From Selaginella moellendorffii (taxonomy: Eukaryota; Plantae; Lycopodiophyta), in the NCBI RefSeq assembly GCF_000143415.4, contig NW_003314301.1, positions 1,542,981 through 1,606,980 on the forward strand: DNA of 64,000 bases. The letters run 5' to 3'. The notes under the pieces were generated by a model, which was not told the DNA's origin, did no database searches, and worked only from the letters and a program-made list of their open reading frames with translations. A program made the position numbers and the translations under genes. Shown here one piece after another: positions 61,532 to 64,000 of this stretch (position 1 is the stretch's first letter; each line of letters opens with the position of its first letter).

Positions 61532-62903
61532 TGTGAGACACAAAATCCCTAGGCCCCAAAGTGGAGCCGAAAGGGTGCCACGTGGTAGTGGCCAAAGCGA
61601 AAGCCAAACGAACGTAACACGTTTAGACTAAAAGCTCTGACTTGAAAAGGTCGAAAGTGGGAGTGGAACTCCCAATGAAGTGCTCGAGGAATGAGCACGA
61701 AGCGAGTAATAAGCGAGGCTCCAAAAGGGGACCCAAAAGGACCAACATATGACACGTGGAAGTGTCCGAGATGGACCCGAGTTGGAGTCTGAAGTGGAGT
61801 CCAAAGTGGAGTCCGAGAAGGACCCTGAGATGGAGTCCGAGGTGGAGTCCGAGGTGGACTCGAGATGGACCCGAGATGGAGTTCGATATGGAGTCTGAGA
61901 TGGAGTCCGAGGTGGAGTCTGAGGTGGACCCGAGATGGAGTCCGAGATGGACCCGAGATGGACCCGAGATGGAGTCCGAGATGGACCCGAGGTGGAGTCT
62001 GAGATGAGTCCGAGATGGAGTCCGAGATGGACCCGAGATGGAGTCCGAGATGGAGTCCGAGATGGACCCAAGATGGAGTCCGAGATGGACCCGAGATGGA
62101 GTCCGAAGTCGAGACCGAGACTGGGACCGAGACCGGAACCAAGACCAAGACTGAGATCAGGACCGAGACCGAGACCAAGGCCGAGGCCGAAACCGAGCCT
62201 GAGCCTGAGTCCGAGTCCGAGTCCGAGTCCGAGTCCGAGTCTGAGAGGGTGAAAGCCCAAAGCATTCGTCTCCCAGACCCTGGGGGGTTTGGTGAGCTCC
62301 AAAAGTATAATAGGGGGAGGACTGCAGTAGAGCCAGTTTGGCCAGGAAAGGCCAGTTTGGCCCAGCAAGGCCGGACCCAGTGTTGGGTGATGAGCTGCCC
62401 ACTGGGAAGTCCAAGACTAGAGTGAACACAAACTGACAAGCGGGGTAGCTTGGTGAAGTGTTCAAGAGCTGGCTTTAGTTCCCCCGGGAGATCGACTGGC
62501 CGATGCTCCCAGTCCAAGTGTGGGTGGCACTACCTACTTGGATACCTGTCATGGCTCAACGGAACCTCGCTCTATGCCCATGGCTAAAGCACCTAAAGGC
62601 GAAAGGCGGGGAGAGTACCTATGAGGCTTGCGTAAGGCCACGGTGTTCCGAAATGTTGTCCCAAAGTCCCAGACTATGGAAAGGAAGAGGAGTAGCCCTC
62701 TGGTGTGGTGACAAAGGACACGGTCACCCAGTGAGGAAGTCCCAGAGGACAGTTGGACTTAGAGGTCGGGCCTGCAAGCCTTGATCCAGTGGCAGTGTTG
62801 GTGAAAACAGCCATCGACAGAGAGGGACTTGGTGGGGACCGGAAAAGAGATATTGGGGAAGGTTATTCCCTAAGTCTGCGAGCATCCTAAGGATGCTAAG
62901 GAG
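61532..62903. mobile_element. Second, truncated copy of the same 1.6-kb LTR
   Basis: Starts with the identical TGTGAGACACAAAATCCCTAGGCCCCAAAGTGGAGCC and aligns to copy 1 up to GCATCCTAAGGATGCTAAGGAGT, then joins directly to mid-RT of the host element. Confidence 0.88.
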
Positions 62904-64000
62904 TATTTTTTGTATATTGTTTAGTTTGTACGAGTTCTTGGTGATATCATTCGGTTTGAATAATGGTCTAGCGACTTTCTAGTGAATGATAGATGAGGTT
63001 CTTTGTGATATGCCATAAGTGATTGCTAACTTCATTGATGATGTTTTGATCCACTCAGAGAGGATGTGGTAGGAACACGTTTATAATGTTCTTAAAGTGT
63101 TGGATCAGCTACAGAAAGTTGGTTTAAAGTTGAAACAGTCAAAGTGTGTGTTTAGGTCCAAAGACACGACTTATTTTGGGTACCATATTTCTCATGAGGG
63201 TTTGCAAGTTGATCTTGACAAATTTATGGCTATTCTAAAGTTCCCTACTCCAAAATATGTGAATGATGTGCAATGATGTTTCATTTGGTCTAAAGAGCTA
63301 TTAATGACTCTTTCAATTTTGGTGTATCCTAACTACACTTGACCTTTCATTTTGCGCGTGGATACTTTTGATATTTATCTTGGAAGTATATTGATACAAA
63401 AGAGCCCAAATGTGTTTGATCAACACTATCCTATTGCATATATAAACCATATATTATAACTAGTAGAGGCGAACTACTCCATGATAGAGAAAGAGTGTTT
63501 ATCAGTAGTCTGGGGTTTTGGGAAGTTGAACCGCAAGTTTATAAGGTTTGGCATGACATCTAGCAGGCCGATCCTCCAAATATTGTATATATGTAATGGT
63601 TGAAAAGATTCATACAAAAGGATCGGGAACAATTCGTACCACCTATAGATCCATCGATGCCTCCTCCTAATATTCCTCTAGATCCTGGCCCATCTATGAA
63701 AAAACTTTGATAGTCTTCTATCATTTTGAGAGGAGGAGATGATGTGAGGTCCAAATGTATAGCTATGATGTTGTATACTAATATTAGCATAATGAGATTT
63801 TAGTAGCCATCTGATTAATTTCAATCTAGACCACTCGCTCCTGTATATAAGATAGGGTTTTTAAACTAATTGATATGCATATTTTTTGTATTCCCTTTCT
63901 ATATTCCATGCACTCATAGTAGAGATTTCTTATCTATAATTTAAAGATTTATTGCATTCTAAGTTTGCTAGAACTTTAAATAAAATAAGAATTTTTTATA

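Larger units (their letters stand above)
58265..63918 (+). mobile_element. Decayed Ty3/gypsy LTR retrotransposon with 176-bp LTRs
   Basis: LTRs at 58265-58440 and 63743-63918; flanks ATAG/GTAG; PBS-like TAGTGGAGGTGAGGGGTAT; PPT GAGAGGAGGAGA. Remnants of gag (VPMEVD), protease (LIDTG...DLILGMD), RT (YEFLVISFGL...FIDDVLI) and RNase H (NYSMIEKECLSVVWG) occur in gypsy order. Confidence 0.92.

Noticed and set aside
59930-62245. Tandem 11/12-bp repeats as a CRISPR array or as repeat proteins (MESE/PRPR/LGLG ORFs)
   Set aside because: No unique spacers and no cas genes; these are minisatellites inside LTRs that are open in many frames by chance

Overview
Eukaryotic plant nuclear DNA, most likely the lycophyte Selaginella moellendorffii. 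This is inferred from the very short (~50-70 bp) introns, extreme gene density, PLS-type PPR genes and a 100-N scaffold gap. A gene island at ~3.5-54.6 kb holds about 22 protein genes and one tRNA-Gly(GCC). In order: PPR, CreA-like, F-box, HeLo/CC-NB-ARC-ARM (RLS1-like), METTL21-type methyltransferase, STP fragment and STP, SMC1, RPAP2, EMC10, NDUFB11, TraB-domain (with an in-frame TGA), At5g23160-like, PPR, WAV2, eIF2B-alpha, secreted beta-propeller, securin/PATRONUS-like, COR27/28, TH2, trihelix TF, cytochrome c1, ATG16 and copine. Both ends are decayed copies of one short-LTR Ty3/gypsy family, each carrying nested solo LTRs with TSDs. The most notable observations are: (1) a 7-intron homolog of bacterial CreA with a twin-arginine-like leader; (2) an LRR-less NB-ARC-ARM gene sharing a four-W-box bidirectional promoter with an F-box gene; (3) an apparent enrichment of P1BS (GNATATNC) motifs in the promoters, including three upstream of TH2; (4) a tRNA-Gly 38 bp behind the TH2 stop codon; (5) an evening-element plus G-box module upstream of COR27; (6) an AT-AC minor intron in SMC1; and (7) an STP with a D-to-E change at the proton-coupling site. 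All calls come from manual reading and recalled family motifs; no database searches were run.
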